64,000 bases of DNA from Colwellia sp. (GTDB taxonomy: Bacteria; Pseudomonadota; Gammaproteobacteria; Enterobacterales; Alteromonadaceae), in the NCBI GenBank assembly GCA_037132835.1, contig JBAHZW010000061.1, positions 2,561 to 66,560 on the forward strand, given 5' to 3'. This document shows, piece by piece, positions 38,912 through 49,507 of the stretch; within the stretch, counting starts at the first letter, position 1; every line of letters begins with the position of its first letter. The position numbers and the translations under genes are program-made. The notes beneath the pieces are model-generated. The model saw only the letters and a program-made list of their open reading frames with translations, did not search any database and had not been told where the DNA came from.

Positions 38912-40588
38912 ATGATGGAAAAAATTTGGCTAGAAAAAAGTTATCCACCTGGGGTGAATTTTGAGATAGATGCAGATAAATACAATTCATTAGCAGAGTT
39001 TTTTGTTAAATACACCTCTAAATATCAAGATAAAACCGCATTTATCAATATGGGGGTAAAACTTAGCTATAAGACATTAGCGCAACAAGCGACTGATTTT
39101 GCAAGTTATCTACAACAGGATTTAGGCTTAATTAAAGGTGACAAATTTGCCATTATGATCCCAAATACGTTGCAATACCCTATCGCTTTATTTGGTGCCT
39201 TATTGGCAGGAATAACGGTGGTTAATGTTAACCCGCTTTATACCGCGAGAGAGCTACAGCATCAATTAAAAGATTCCAAGGCAAAAGGTATTCTTGTACT
39301 TGAAAACTTTGCCCATGTACTGGAAGCGGTTATTGATAAAACAGAAGTAAAACATGTTATCACCACGGCAATTGGTGATCGTCTTGGCGCACTTAAAGGC
39401 ACCATAATTAATGGTGTGATTAAATATGTAAAAAAACAGGTGCCTGCATATAATCTGCCTGGTGCGGTAAGGTTTAATCAGGCCTTAGCTAAAGGCAGTA
39501 AACAGCGTTTTAAGCCAGTAGAAATTACAGGACAAGATCTGGCTTTTTTACAATATACTGGTGGCACCACGGGCTCTGCGAAAGGTGTGATGTTGACCCA
39601 TAGAAACATGATTGCCAACCTTTTACAGTCAAATGAAATGACCCGACATGTCTTTGTATCCGATGAAGAAATAATGGTCACGGCGATACCGCTTTACCAC
39701 ATTTATGCCCTTACATCTAACTGCTTAACTTTCATTGCTTATGGTGGTATTAACTTATTAATTACTAACCCAAGAGATATGGTTGGTTTTGTCAAAGAAT
39801 TGGCCAAATACCCGTTTACGGCCATTACTGGGGTGAACACTTTATTTAATGCGCTATTACATACGCCGGGGTTTGATAAGCTTGATTTTAGTGCCTTAAA
39901 AATTAGTTTGGGTGGTGGCATGGCAATACAGCGACCGGTCGCTGAGTCTTGGGAAAAAGTAACGGGTGGTCGTTTGTTAGAAGGCTATGGCTTAACAGAG
40001 TGTGCTCCCTTGGTCACCATTAATCCGTACAATCAAACCTGTTATGATGGCACTATTGGTGTGCCGGCTCCGTCAACAGATATACGCCTGCTCGATGATC
40101 ATGGTGCAGAAGTTGCTCTAGGTAAACCGGGTGAAATATGGGTGAAAGGACCGCAAGTGATGAAAGGTTACTACAACCGAAAAGAGGCAACGGAGCAAGT
40201 GCTGAAAGACGGCTGGTTAGCAACAGGTGATATTGCCACCATGAATGAACAGGGATTATTTAGCATTGTGGATCGAAAAAAAGACATGATCAATGTTTCT
40301 GGCTTTAACGTTTTTCCCAATGAAATTGAAGAAGTCTTGGTGATGCATGAAGGCATATTAGAAGCCGCTGCAGTCGCAGTACCAAGCAATACAAGCGGTG
40401 AAGCGGTTAAAGTATTTATTGTCCGTAAAAATCCCGATTTAGTCGAGCAAGATATTATTGATCATTGTCATAAATTACTGACTAACTATAAACGACCAAA
40501 AATTATTGAGTTTTTAGATGAGTTGCCTAAAACAAATGTTGGCAAAGTGTTAAGAAAAGAACTTCGTGCTAGCACCCGATCAAAGTAA
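38912..40588 (+). CDS. fadD: Long-chain fatty acid--CoA ligase
   Basis: QYTGGTTG..KG, EGYGLTE, TGD, DRKKD, PKTNVGK; FadD-type N-terminus. Confidence 0.9.
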   Translation: MMEKIWLEKSYPPGVNFEIDADKYNSLAEFFVKYTSKYQDKTAFINMGVKLSYKTLAQQATDFASYLQQDLGLIKGDKFAIMIPNTLQYPIALFGALLAGITVVNVNPLYTARELQHQLKDSKAKGILVLENFAHVLEAVIDKTEVKHVITTAIGDRLGALKGTIINGVIKYVKKQVPAYNLPGAVRFNQALAKGSKQRFKPVEITGQDLAFLQYTGGTTGSAKGVMLTHRNMIANLLQSNEMTRHVFVSDEEIMVTAIPLYHIYALTSNCLTFIAYGGINLLITNPRDMVGFVKELAKYPFTAITGVNTLFNALLHTPGFDKLDFSALKISLGGGMAIQRPVAESWEKVTGGRLLEGYGLTECAPLVTINPYNQTCYDGTIGVPAPSTDIRLLDDHGAEVALGKPGEIWVKGPQVMKGYYNRKEATEQVLKDGWLATGDIATMNEQGLFSIVDRKKDMINVSGFNVFPNEIEEVLVMHEGILEAAAVAVPSNTSGEAVKVFIVRKNPDLVEQDIIDHCHKLLTNYKRPKIIEFLDELPKTNVGKVLRKELRASTRSK

Positions 40589-40595
40589 ATAATAT

Positions 40596-41660
40596 ATGTT
40601 AGAAATATACGCAGGTGATACCGCACTAAAAACCATCAAAGAACAAGGCTTTTCCCCACGTTTGTTTAATACCTTTCTGGGGGCAAGTGGTGGGCCAAAA
40701 TGGTTTACCCTTTATGGATTAGATAAATACATTTTTGGTGAGTTTTTCCAAGGCAGAGAGCAGCCCTTAAATCTTATTGGATCGAGTGTCGGTGCCTTTC
40801 GTACCGCTTGTTTTGCACAAAAGGATCCTATTTCTGCGCTTAATCGCTTCGTAAAAGAATATTGTGGCACCGTCTACTCAGAGCGGGTTACGCCCGCGGA
40901 AGTGACTCAAAAAGCACGGATACTGTTAGGCGTGTTATTTGGTGATAATGGCATTGATGAAATCATCAATAACCCGGTGTATAAAGCACATTTTATCGTC
41001 ACTAAAAATCATGGTTTTGTCGGTAGTGAAAATAGATTGATACAAGGGATAGGGTTATTGAAAAGTATGCTGCTAAATTCTATTGATCGTTCGTTATTAA
41101 AACATCAATATCAGCGTTATATTTTTCAAACGCAGGATAGCCAATTAACATTACGTGACCCAGCAAATATTCCAACCAAAACTATAACGCTGTCAACCGC
41201 TAATATTAAAGAGGCATTACTCGCTTCTGGTGCTATTCCTTTGGTGATGCAAGGGATTAAAGACATTGCAGGTTGTCCAAAAGGTATGTACCGAGACGGT
41301 GGCTTGATTGATTACCATTTTGATATCGACATTAACAATAAAGGACTTGTGCTTTACCCTCATTTTAATGCCATTCTTAAAGCTGGGTGGTTTGATAAAA
41401 AGCTCACAAGAAAAGTACGTGCACAACATTACGATAACACGGTATTACTTTGCCCATCACAGCGATTTATTGAGGCACTGCCTTATGGTAAAATCCCCGA
41501 CCGTAGTGATTTTTCGGCACTAGAGCCAGAAAAAAGAGCACAATACTGGCAGCGTGTTTGTCATGAAAGTGAGAAGTTAGCTCAGGAATTTTCAGCATTT
41601 TACCAACAACAAGATATTGGTCGCATAAAAAACATTAACCAGTTACTCGACCCTTATTAA
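40596..41660 (+). CDS. Patatin-like phospholipase/lipase
   Basis: GASGG Gly-rich loop, GSSVG nucleophile, ASGAIP, DGG motif. Confidence 0.75.
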   Translation: MLEIYAGDTALKTIKEQGFSPRLFNTFLGASGGPKWFTLYGLDKYIFGEFFQGREQPLNLIGSSVGAFRTACFAQKDPISALNRFVKEYCGTVYSERVTPAEVTQKARILLGVLFGDNGIDEIINNPVYKAHFIVTKNHGFVGSENRLIQGIGLLKSMLLNSIDRSLLKHQYQRYIFQTQDSQLTLRDPANIPTKTITLSTANIKEALLASGAIPLVMQGIKDIAGCPKGMYRDGGLIDYHFDIDINNKGLVLYPHFNAILKAGWFDKKLTRKVRAQHYDNTVLLCPSQRFIEALPYGKIPDRSDFSALEPEKRAQYWQRVCHESEKLAQEFSAFYQQQDIGRIKNINQLLDPY

Positions 41661-41742
41661 TGACATCAGCTAAATTTGATCATACTCATCTCTCTAGCTA
41701 AAAGTACGTTAAGTGAAGTGCTATCGTGAATAAATGTTGGTT

Positions 41743-42723
41743 TTAAATGATTTTAGCATCAGGGACTAATTCATATAATAATCCCTCGCGAAGCGCACCA
41801 CTTGATCGGTGTAATGTCTCGATATTAAGGCATTTAAACAAAGCAATTAAAATACTTAACCCGCTGGCTAATACGGCTTTACGGTCTTCTCTTAATCCCG
41901 CTATGTCAATATTATCGATAGACTTGCTCGCGATGAGCGTTTTTTTTATTTCATTAAGAAGCGGTAACGTAATGATAGGGCTCTGCTGACGTTTAGTCAG
42001 TATTTCTATCATGGCCTGCATAGTACCAGAGCTACTGACCGCTGATTGCCAGCCGAGTTGAATAAATTCTTCTTTCACTGTATTGATAACAGCAACGGAT
42101 TCAGCAGTACATAGCTCAAAACCTTCTTGTGTTAAAAGGCCATCAGCAAAGTATTTTCCGATAAAGCTCACACATCCAATATTTAAACTAACCACTTTTT
42201 GAGCCTCACAGCCCGAGCCAACAATAATTTCGGTGCTTGCCCCGCCAATATCTAGCACTAATTTTTTATCATTAGGTCGTTGCTTATTACGGCTAATGAT
42301 GTGGTTAACACCCGCATATATTGTTGCCGCCTCTTGCTCGCCACTTAATAACTTGATCTTTTTAGGTAAAACCTTGTTAGCAGCATCAAAAAATATCTGG
42401 TTATTCTTAGCAAGGCGTAATGCGGCGGTTGCCACAATAACTATATTATTTACGGGGATAGTGTTTAGGTATAAAGCGAAGTGTTTAAGACAACGAATAC
42501 CACGCGTTATGGCTTCATTGGAAAGGTTGTTCTGGTTATCTAAACTGGCAGCTAAACGAACTTTTTGCTTAACTTTATTGACTGTGGTTATTGATTTACC
42601 ACTAGGTGTTGAAATTAATTGGTTAATAAGTAGGTGGAAACTATTAGAGCCTAAATCTACCACAGCATAATAAGTTTCATCATACTGTGGTATCGCTATA
42701 TCGGGGTTATCTAAATCACTCAA
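41743..42723 (-). CDS. gppA: Ppx/GppA-family phosphatase, short two-domain form
   Basis: DLGSNSFH, ATAALR, GEQEA, DIGGASTE, GALREG; directly downstream of rhlB. Confidence 0.8.
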   Translation of the reverse strand: MSDLDNPDIAIPQYDETYYAVVDLGSNSFHLLINQLISTPSGKSITTVNKVKQKVRLAASLDNQNNLSNEAITRGIRCLKHFALYLNTIPVNNIVIVATAALRLAKNNQIFFDAANKVLPKKIKLLSGEQEAATIYAGVNHIISRNKQRPNDKKLVLDIGGASTEIIVGSGCEAQKVVSLNIGCVSFIGKYFADGLLTQEGFELCTAESVAVINTVKEEFIQLGWQSAVSSSGTMQAMIEILTKRQQSPIITLPLLNEIKKTLIASKSIDNIDIAGLREDRKAVLASGLSILIALFKCLNIETLHRSSGALREGLLYELVPDAKII

Positions 42724-42752
42724 TGTGCTGTCTACCCCAGATAACGCGCTAA

Positions 42753-44054
42753 TTAATTTCGATTTCCGCTATAACTACTGCCACTACGGTTGCCTTGGGA
42801 ACGAAAGTTTGAACGTCCACCTTGTCGGTTGCCTGATCTAGAGCTGTTTCCCCTAGGGCGGCGTTGACGATATTTAGGCTTCGGTAAATCAGTTAATAAG
42901 GCCTCATGATCATACTTTGTGACAGGGAGCGCATGGGTAATATAAGCTTCAATTTCAGGTAAATTAAAAACATATTGCTCACAAGCTAAACTAATGGCAT
43001 GCCCTGTTTCACCCGCTCGACCTGTACGGCCTATACGGTGCACATAATCTTGACAGTCGTCAGGTAAATCATAGTTAAATATATGCGTTACACTAGGAAT
43101 ATGTAATCCACGTGCTGCAACATCAGTTGCCACTAAAATATCTATAGATCCTTTAGTAAACTTCTCTAAGATCTTTAGGCGTTTTTTCTGTGGAACATCA
43201 CCCGTTAATAAGCCTACACGAATTTTGTCGGCACTTAAATGGTCAAATACCTTTTCACAGACATGTTTGGTATTGGCAAAGACAATGGCTTTTTCTGGCC
43301 AATCTTCTTCAATTAATGTTTGCAGTAAAGTCATTTTATCTTCGTTTGATGGATAAAATAACTCCTCAGAGATACGCTGATTAACCTTTTGCTCTGGTGC
43401 AACCTCAACGCTAGTTGGCTCGTTCATGTGGTCAAAGGCCAACTCTTTCACACGGAATGATAACGTTGCTGAAAACAGCATACTCAAACGTGCTGTAGCA
43501 GGAGGCATTTTATTAAACATATAACGAATATCTTTAATAAAGCCTAAATCAAACATACGGTCAGCTTCATCAAGTACTATGACTTCGATGTTATTAAGGT
43601 TATAAATACCTTGCTTCATATAGTCAATCAGTCGACCACAGGTACCAATAAGAATATCAACACCTTGTTCAAGTACCAAGCGTTGACTTTCATATCCTTC
43701 GCCCCCGTAGACTACACCAAGGCGTAAGCCAGTACTCTTAGCCATTTCAGCCGCATCATTATATATTTGTATGGCTAATTCGCGTGTTGGAGCCATGATC
43801 AAAGCACGAGGTTGATTATGTTTAGGCGCTTCTTTTTGAAGCAAATGATGAAAGGTAGCAGCTAAAAAGGCAATGGTTTTACCTTCACCTGTTTGTGCTT
43901 GACCGGCTATATCGGTGCCTTGCAAAAGAACAGGTAAAGATTTCGCCTGAATAGACGTACAATAATTGAAGCCCATGGCTTCTAATCCAGTAATTACTTG
44001 CGGGGCAAGATTTAGATCAGTGAATTTAGTTTCAGTTAAGTGTGATTTTTTCAT
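42753..44054 (-). CDS. rhlB: DEAD-box RNA helicase
   Basis: [28 protein letters not shown]; divergent from trxA. Confidence 0.96.
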   Translation of the reverse strand: MKKSHLTETKFTDLNLAPQVITGLEAMGFNYCTSIQAKSLPVLLQGTDIAGQAQTGEGKTIAFLAATFHHLLQKEAPKHNQPRALIMAPTRELAIQIYNDAAEMAKSTGLRLGVVYGGEGYESQRLVLEQGVDILIGTCGRLIDYMKQGIYNLNNIEVIVLDEADRMFDLGFIKDIRYMFNKMPPATARLSMLFSATLSFRVKELAFDHMNEPTSVEVAPEQKVNQRISEELFYPSNEDKMTLLQTLIEEDWPEKAIVFANTKHVCEKVFDHLSADKIRVGLLTGDVPQKKRLKILEKFTKGSIDILVATDVAARGLHIPSVTHIFNYDLPDDCQDYVHRIGRTGRAGETGHAISLACEQYVFNLPEIEAYITHALPVTKYDHEALLTDLPKPKYRQRRPRGNSSRSGNRQGGRSNFRSQGNRSGSSYSGNRN

Positions 44055-44219
44055 GGCGCTAGCTTAGCATTTTTGCTGGTGAAAAGGTTGCTTAATAAAT
44101 AAATAATTACTTTTAGCGACTTAATTAATGCCAAAGTTGCATAAAACAGTATTGGAAAAGTAGCCAATCACGGTATAATTACTTTAAAGGTATTTTAACC
44201 ATAACAAACGGAGAATATA

Positions 44220-44546
44220 ATGAGCGATAAAATTATTCAGCTAACTGATGACAGTTTTGAAGCCGATGTATTAAAAGCATCAGGTTTAGTATTAGTTGAT
44301 TTTTGGGCTGAATGGTGTGGCCCATGTAAAATGATAGCCCCAATACTTGACGAGTTAGCTACAGAATACGACGGTAAGGTAACGGTTGGTAAATTAAACA
44401 TTGACCAAAACTCAGAAACGCCCCCTAAATATGGTGTTCGTGGTATTCCAACCTTATTACTTTTTAAAGAGGGTGAAGTTGCCGACACGAAAGTGGGGGC
44501 ACTATCAAAAGCTCAATTAAAAGCGTTTTTAGATAAAAATCTATAA
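44220..44546 (+). CDS. trxA: Thioredoxin
   Basis: WCGPC; trxA-rho order. Confidence 0.98.
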   Translation: MSDKIIQLTDDSFEADVLKASGLVLVDFWAEWCGPCKMIAPILDELATEYDGKVTVGKLNIDQNSETPPKYGVRGIPTLLLFKEGEVADTKVGALSKAQLKAFLDKNL

Positions 44547-44559
44547 GCTGAATAATACT

Positions 44560-44584
44560 AGCCTGACTGATATCGGGCTTTTTT
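44560..44584 (+). terminator. Hairpin/terminator after trxA
   Basis: AGCCTGA-CTGATA-TCGGGCT followed by a T run. Confidence 0.55.
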
Positions 44585-44790
44585 CTCTCTTTTACTGAAA
44601 AATTTTACTTACATTTTCATTCTAGCTTTGACCTAATCAACGTTTAGTGTTAAATTTATTATCTAAAGTACAAAATAACATCGCTTTGTCTCTATTCTCT
44701 TAATTTGAAAAAATTAAACACTTTGTAAATACACTTGTGTCGGCAATCGCCAAAGACACTAAATACTTGAAAATAGTTTAAGAAACCCCT

Positions 44791-46050
44791 ATGAACCTTA
44801 CCGAACTAAAAGAAAAATCTATTAATGAATTGGTTAAGCTAGCCGCATCAATGAAGCTTGACAACCTCGCTAGAACACGTAAACAAGACATAATCTTTGC
44901 CATTTTAAAAGCTCATGCTGAAGGAGATAATGATATATTCGGCGGCGGTGTATTAGAGATTCTACAAGATGGTTTTGGTTTCTTACGCTCTGCGGATTCA
45001 TCCTATTTAGCTGGCCCAGATGATATTTATGTGTCGCCAAGCCAAATCAGACGTTTTAGTATGCGTACTGGCGATACTATCCAAGGTAAAATTCGTTCAC
45101 CTAAAAAAGGCGAGCGCTATTTTGCCTTGTTAAAAGTAACGGAAGTTAACTTTGACCGTCCTGAAAATACGCGTAATAAAATCTTATTTGAAAACTTAAC
45201 ACCCATTCATCCAACCGACCGTTTATCGTTGGAACGTGGTAATGGCTCCACAGAAGATATTACCGCACGTATTTTAGATTTAGCGTCTCCTATTGGTAAA
45301 GGGCAACGTGGTTTAATTGTTGCGCCGCCAAAAGCGGGTAAAACGCTATTACTACAAAATATTGCGCAAAGTATTGCCCATAACCATCCCGATGCTGAAT
45401 TAATGGTGTTGTTAATTGATGAGCGCCCTGAAGAAGTAACTGAAATGCAACGCCTTGTTAAGGGTGAGGTTATTGCTTCTACGTTTGATGAACCAGCAAG
45501 TCGTCACGTACAAGTGGCTGAAATGGTCATTGAAAAAGCAAAGCGTTTAGTTGAGCATAAAAAAGATGTGGTTATCTTATTAGATTCAATAACCCGTTTA
45601 GCACGTGCTTATAACACGGTAATTCCATCGTCAGGTAAAATCCTAACGGGTGGTGTTGATGCGAATGCTTTACATCGTCCAAAACGCTTTTTTGGGGCAG
45701 CACGTAATATTGAAGAAGGTGGTAGTTTAACCATTATCGCTACCGCGCTAGTAGAAACAGGCTCTAAAATGGATGAAGTTATCTACGAAGAATTTAAAGG
45801 CACAGGTAATATGGAATTACATCTGTCGCGTAAAATTTCTGAAAAACGCGTTTTCCCTGCTATTAACATTAATCGCAGTGGCACACGTCGTGAAGAACTT
45901 ATTACGAAGTCCGATGAATTACAAAAAATGTGGATTTTGCGTAAGATCGTCCATGAAATGGATGAAATCGGCGCCATTGAGTTTTTGATCGACAAACTTG
46001 CCATGACTAAAACCAATGATGAGTTTTTTGATTCAATGAAACGTAAGTAA
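44791..46050 (+). CDS. rho: Transcription termination factor Rho
   Basis: [26 protein letters not shown]. Confidence 0.99.
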   Translation: MNLTELKEKSINELVKLAASMKLDNLARTRKQDIIFAILKAHAEGDNDIFGGGVLEILQDGFGFLRSADSSYLAGPDDIYVSPSQIRRFSMRTGDTIQGKIRSPKKGERYFALLKVTEVNFDRPENTRNKILFENLTPIHPTDRLSLERGNGSTEDITARILDLASPIGKGQRGLIVAPPKAGKTLLLQNIAQSIAHNHPDAELMVLLIDERPEEVTEMQRLVKGEVIASTFDEPASRHVQVAEMVIEKAKRLVEHKKDVVILLDSITRLARAYNTVIPSSGKILTGGVDANALHRPKRFFGAARNIEEGGSLTIIATALVETGSKMDEVIYEEFKGTGNMELHLSRKISEKRVFPAININRSGTRREELITKSDELQKMWILRKIVHEMDEIGAIEFLIDKLAMTKTNDEFFDSMKRK

Positions 46051-46081
46051 GCAGGTATTGTTTGAGCTGCTTTAATTGATG

Positions 46082-46108
46082 AAACCAGTCATTTTGACTG
46101 GTTTTTTT
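46082..46108 (+). terminator. Intrinsic terminator after rho
   Basis: AAACCAGTCA-TTT-TGACTGGTTTTTTT. Confidence 0.85.
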
Positions 46109-46166
46109 ATATTAATAGCAAGCGAAGTTGTTACTTCGTTTACTATTTCTTCTACGGGTAATGTAT

Positions 46167-47648
46167 ATGAAATATAGTGATTTAAGAGACTTTATCAGTC
46201 AGCTTGAAAAAACAGGCCAGCTTAAGCGTATTACTCAGCCTATTTCTACCCACTTAACGATGACTGAAATTAGCGATAGAACCCTTAGAGCAAAGGGGCC
46301 CGCTTTACTGTTTGAAAATGCCGTTAATGAAAAGGGTGATCCTTATGGTATGTCAGTGCTTACCAATCTTTTTGGGACCCCTGATCGCGTTGCTATGGCT
46401 ATGGGGCAAGAAAACGTCAGTGCCTTACGTGATGTAGGTAAGTTACTCGCTATGCTTAAAGAGCCAGAGCCGCCAAAAGGCTTTCGTGATGCGCTCGGTA
46501 AAATACCTATCTACAAACAGGTATTGAATATGCCAGTGAAGATCATCAAAAAGCCTGTCTGTCAGCAGATAGTACTTTCTGGTGATGACGTTGATTTAAC
46601 CAAATTACCTATTCAAACTTGTTGGCCGGGTGATGTAGCCCCACTCATTACTTGGGGGTTAACGATTACCCGTGGTCCACATAAAGAGCGTCAAAATCTG
46701 GGGATTTATCGTCAACAAGTGCTGAGTAAAAATAAAATCATAATGCGTTGGTTATCACATCGAGGCGGCGCCCTTGACTTTCAAGACTTTAAAAAAGAAA
46801 ATCCGGGTGAAAAATATCCTATTTCTGTTGCCTTAGGGGCAGATCCTGCGACTATTTTAGCTGCCGTAACTCCCGTACCTGATACGTTATCTGAATATGC
46901 TTTTGCTGGTTTATTACGTGGCGCGAAAACAGAAGTCGCTAAATCGATAAGTAATAATTTAGAGGTGCCAGCAACCGCTGAAATCATTTTGGAAGGGTAT
47001 TTAGACCCTGATGAGATGGCACCCGAAGGTCCTTATGGTGATCATACGGGTTATTATAATGAAGTAGATGACTTTCCGGTGATGACTGTTACGCATATCA
47101 CTATGCGTAAAGAGGCTATTTATCATAGTACCTACACCGGTAGACCACCTGATGAACCCGCTATTTTAGGGGTGGCACTTAATGAAGTATTTATCCCTAT
47201 TTTACAAAAACAATTCCCTGAAATTCAGGACTTTTATTTACCACCAGAAGGTTGCTCTTATCGCCTTGCGATTGTCACCATTAAAAAGCAATATGCGGGT
47301 CATGCAAAACGTGTAATGATGGGGGTTTGGTCATTCTTACGCCAATTTATGTACACTAAGTTTGTTATTGTCTGTGATGATGATATCAATGCCCGAAGTT
47401 GGGAAGATGTTATTTGGGCAATGACCACAAGAATGGATCCAAGCCGAGATACCGTGTTGATAGAAAACACCCCCATAGATTATCTTGATTTTGCTTCACC
47501 TGTTTCAGGCTTAGGCTCTAAAATGGGTCTAGATGCCACCAACAAATGGCCTGGTGAAACAAACCGTGAATGGGGTGTACCCATTAAGATGACACCCGCA
47601 ATAAAAGAACAAGTTGATGAGCTTTGGGATGAATTAGATATTATATAA
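46167..47648 (+). CDS. ubiD: 3-octaprenyl-4-hydroxybenzoate carboxy-lyase
   Basis: [27 protein letters not shown]; rho-ubiD-fre order. Confidence 0.96.
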   Translation: MKYSDLRDFISQLEKTGQLKRITQPISTHLTMTEISDRTLRAKGPALLFENAVNEKGDPYGMSVLTNLFGTPDRVAMAMGQENVSALRDVGKLLAMLKEPEPPKGFRDALGKIPIYKQVLNMPVKIIKKPVCQQIVLSGDDVDLTKLPIQTCWPGDVAPLITWGLTITRGPHKERQNLGIYRQQVLSKNKIIMRWLSHRGGALDFQDFKKENPGEKYPISVALGADPATILAAVTPVPDTLSEYAFAGLLRGAKTEVAKSISNNLEVPATAEIILEGYLDPDEMAPEGPYGDHTGYYNEVDDFPVMTVTHITMRKEAIYHSTYTGRPPDEPAILGVALNEVFIPILQKQFPEIQDFYLPPEGCSYRLAIVTIKKQYAGHAKRVMMGVWSFLRQFMYTKFVIVCDDDINARSWEDVIWAMTTRMDPSRDTVLIENTPIDYLDFASPVSGLGSKMGLDATNKWPGETNREWGVPIKMTPAIKEQVDELWDELDII

Positions 47649-47709
47649 TATTGCTATAAAACAGCTTATTTAAGAGTAACAATCAACAAGTAAAAGAAAG
47701 GTCTAAAGA

Positions 47710-48429
47710 ATGAAGACAGTTAGTTGCCAAATACAGTCGTTAACACCCTTAACGTCTCATGTGTATAAAGTACTGTTAAAGCCGAGTGAAAAAATTAATT
47801 TTAGTGCAGGTCAATATTTGAACTTTGTCATGAGTGATGAAGATAAACGACCCTTTTCAATTGCTAGCTCACCTAATAGTGACTTAATTGAATTGCAAAT
47901 AGGTGCTTTTACAGCTGACAGTTACCCCATGCAAGTGATTGACCGAATTAAGAAGAGTCAAGCCAGTGGTGATACCATTACCATTGAGGTGCCTTTAGGC
48001 AATGCACAACTGCGCATTGAAAGTGAGCGCCCACTATTGTTGCTTGCGGGTGGTACGGGCTTCTCATACATTAAATCAATGTTTGAATACTTAGCTGAGA
48101 TACACTCACGTCGTTCTATTACGGTTTATTGGGGACTGCGTGAAGAAAGTGCGGTTTATGATCTGGAAAAAACCAAGGAAACGATTGCAAAACTTTCCGA
48201 TGCCAAATTTGTTCCTGTCATTGAGAGTGTTGATGAAAATGCTATAGCACCATGGTCAGGTAAACAAGGTTTAGTTCATCAAGCAGCCATGCAGGATATT
48301 GCCAGTTTTGAGTCTTACGATATTTATTTAGCGGGACGCTTTGACATGGTTGGCGCTATTCGCAGTGATTTTGTTGAGCGCGGTGCGTTATTAGAACATA
48401 TGTATGCGGATGCGTTTGCCTTTATCTAG
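47710..48429 (+). CDS. fre: NAD(P)H-flavin reductase
   Basis: RPFSIAS, AGGTGFSY, YLAGRFDM, DAFAFI C-terminus. Confidence 0.93.
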   Translation: MKTVSCQIQSLTPLTSHVYKVLLKPSEKINFSAGQYLNFVMSDEDKRPFSIASSPNSDLIELQIGAFTADSYPMQVIDRIKKSQASGDTITIEVPLGNAQLRIESERPLLLLAGGTGFSYIKSMFEYLAEIHSRRSITVYWGLREESAVYDLEKTKETIAKLSDAKFVPVIESVDENAIAPWSGKQGLVHQAAMQDIASFESYDIYLAGRFDMVGAIRSDFVERGALLEHMYADAFAFI

Positions 48430-48514
48430 CCGTTAAAGCTTACTTAAGAGAAAAGCGTTTTTTACGATGAGTAAAGCGCTTTAATTATGCCTTAAATACT
48501 TCTGCTATTAAACA

Positions 48515-49177
48515 TTATGATTCTTGTTGAAACCCCACATCCGTTAAATTTAATTGAGTGAGAGAAATTACCGCTTGTGTTCTATTGCGGACGTCGAGCT
48601 TTCTAAAAATAGCCGTTGCATGCGCTTTGATGGTTGCCTCAGATACATTTAAATCATAAGCAATTTGTTTATTTAGCATGCCTTGAGCGAACATCATTAA
48701 TATACGGTATTGCTGTTGAGTTAAACTCGCAACACGTGCAGCTATATCGGTATCTTTATTATCCCTTTGTTTTTTCTCAAACGAAGCAGGGAGCCAGATA
48801 TTACCCGATAATACTGTAACAATTGCGGAGAAAATATCCCCAACAGGTGTAGATTTTGGCACAAAACCCGAAGCGCCATAGGTCATCGATTTACTTATAG
48901 TATTATGATCTTCATGAGCTGATACGATAACAACAGGAATTTGTGGGAAGTGATTGCGAACATGGATCAGGGTATTGAAACCATGGGCCCCGGGGATGTT
49001 TAGATCCAATAACAGTAGATCACTGTCATTATTACTCGTGAGCAGCTGTTCAAGTTCTTCAATAGTTTGTGCCTCAAGCCACGTGGTAGAGGTTAGTTTA
49101 GGTTTTAATGTTCCTAATAAAGCTTGTCTAAATAGAGGGTGATCGTCAGCTATTATTATTTTTTCTGGCTGAATCAT
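48515..49177 (-). CDS. NarL/LuxR-type response regulator (ErdR/CrbR-like)
   Basis: IADDHPLFR, LLDLNIPGAHGF, GASGFVPKS, NKQIAYDLNVSEATIKAH. Confidence 0.85.
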   Translation of the reverse strand: MIQPEKIIIADDHPLFRQALLGTLKPKLTSTTWLEAQTIEELEQLLTSNNDSDLLLLDLNIPGAHGFNTLIHVRNHFPQIPVVIVSAHEDHNTISKSMTYGASGFVPKSTPVGDIFSAIVTVLSGNIWLPASFEKKQRDNKDTDIAARVASLTQQQYRILMMFAQGMLNKQIAYDLNVSEATIKAHATAIFRKLDVRNRTQAVISLTQLNLTDVGFQQES

Positions 49178-49507
49178 AATAAAACTCCTAATTAAGGATT
49201 CTTTATTCTAACGGAATTTTTTTTAATAACAAAGTTTAAATGTCTTAACCCTTAAAGATGTTAAAACCTCCGTCTTGAAGCGATTAAATAACGGCATATC
49301 AATAATAATCTAACGTCCATACCATTAATCCGCATAAGAACGTGTTCTCTTGGCGATTTTAAATGCCTCGAGGCTTAGATGAGAGGCATTGTATTAGCAT
49401 AAGCCCAGAAGAGTGCGTTCCTACATGCTTTAATACCGCTACCTTCATAGTAGCATCCTTGTCAAAATCAATAGCGTCGTCAATAAGCATTTAATTAAAT
49501 GATGATC

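Noticed and set aside
44547-44790. Long rho leader as a novel ncRNA
   Set aside because: Long leaders upstream of rho are expected from Rho autoregulation
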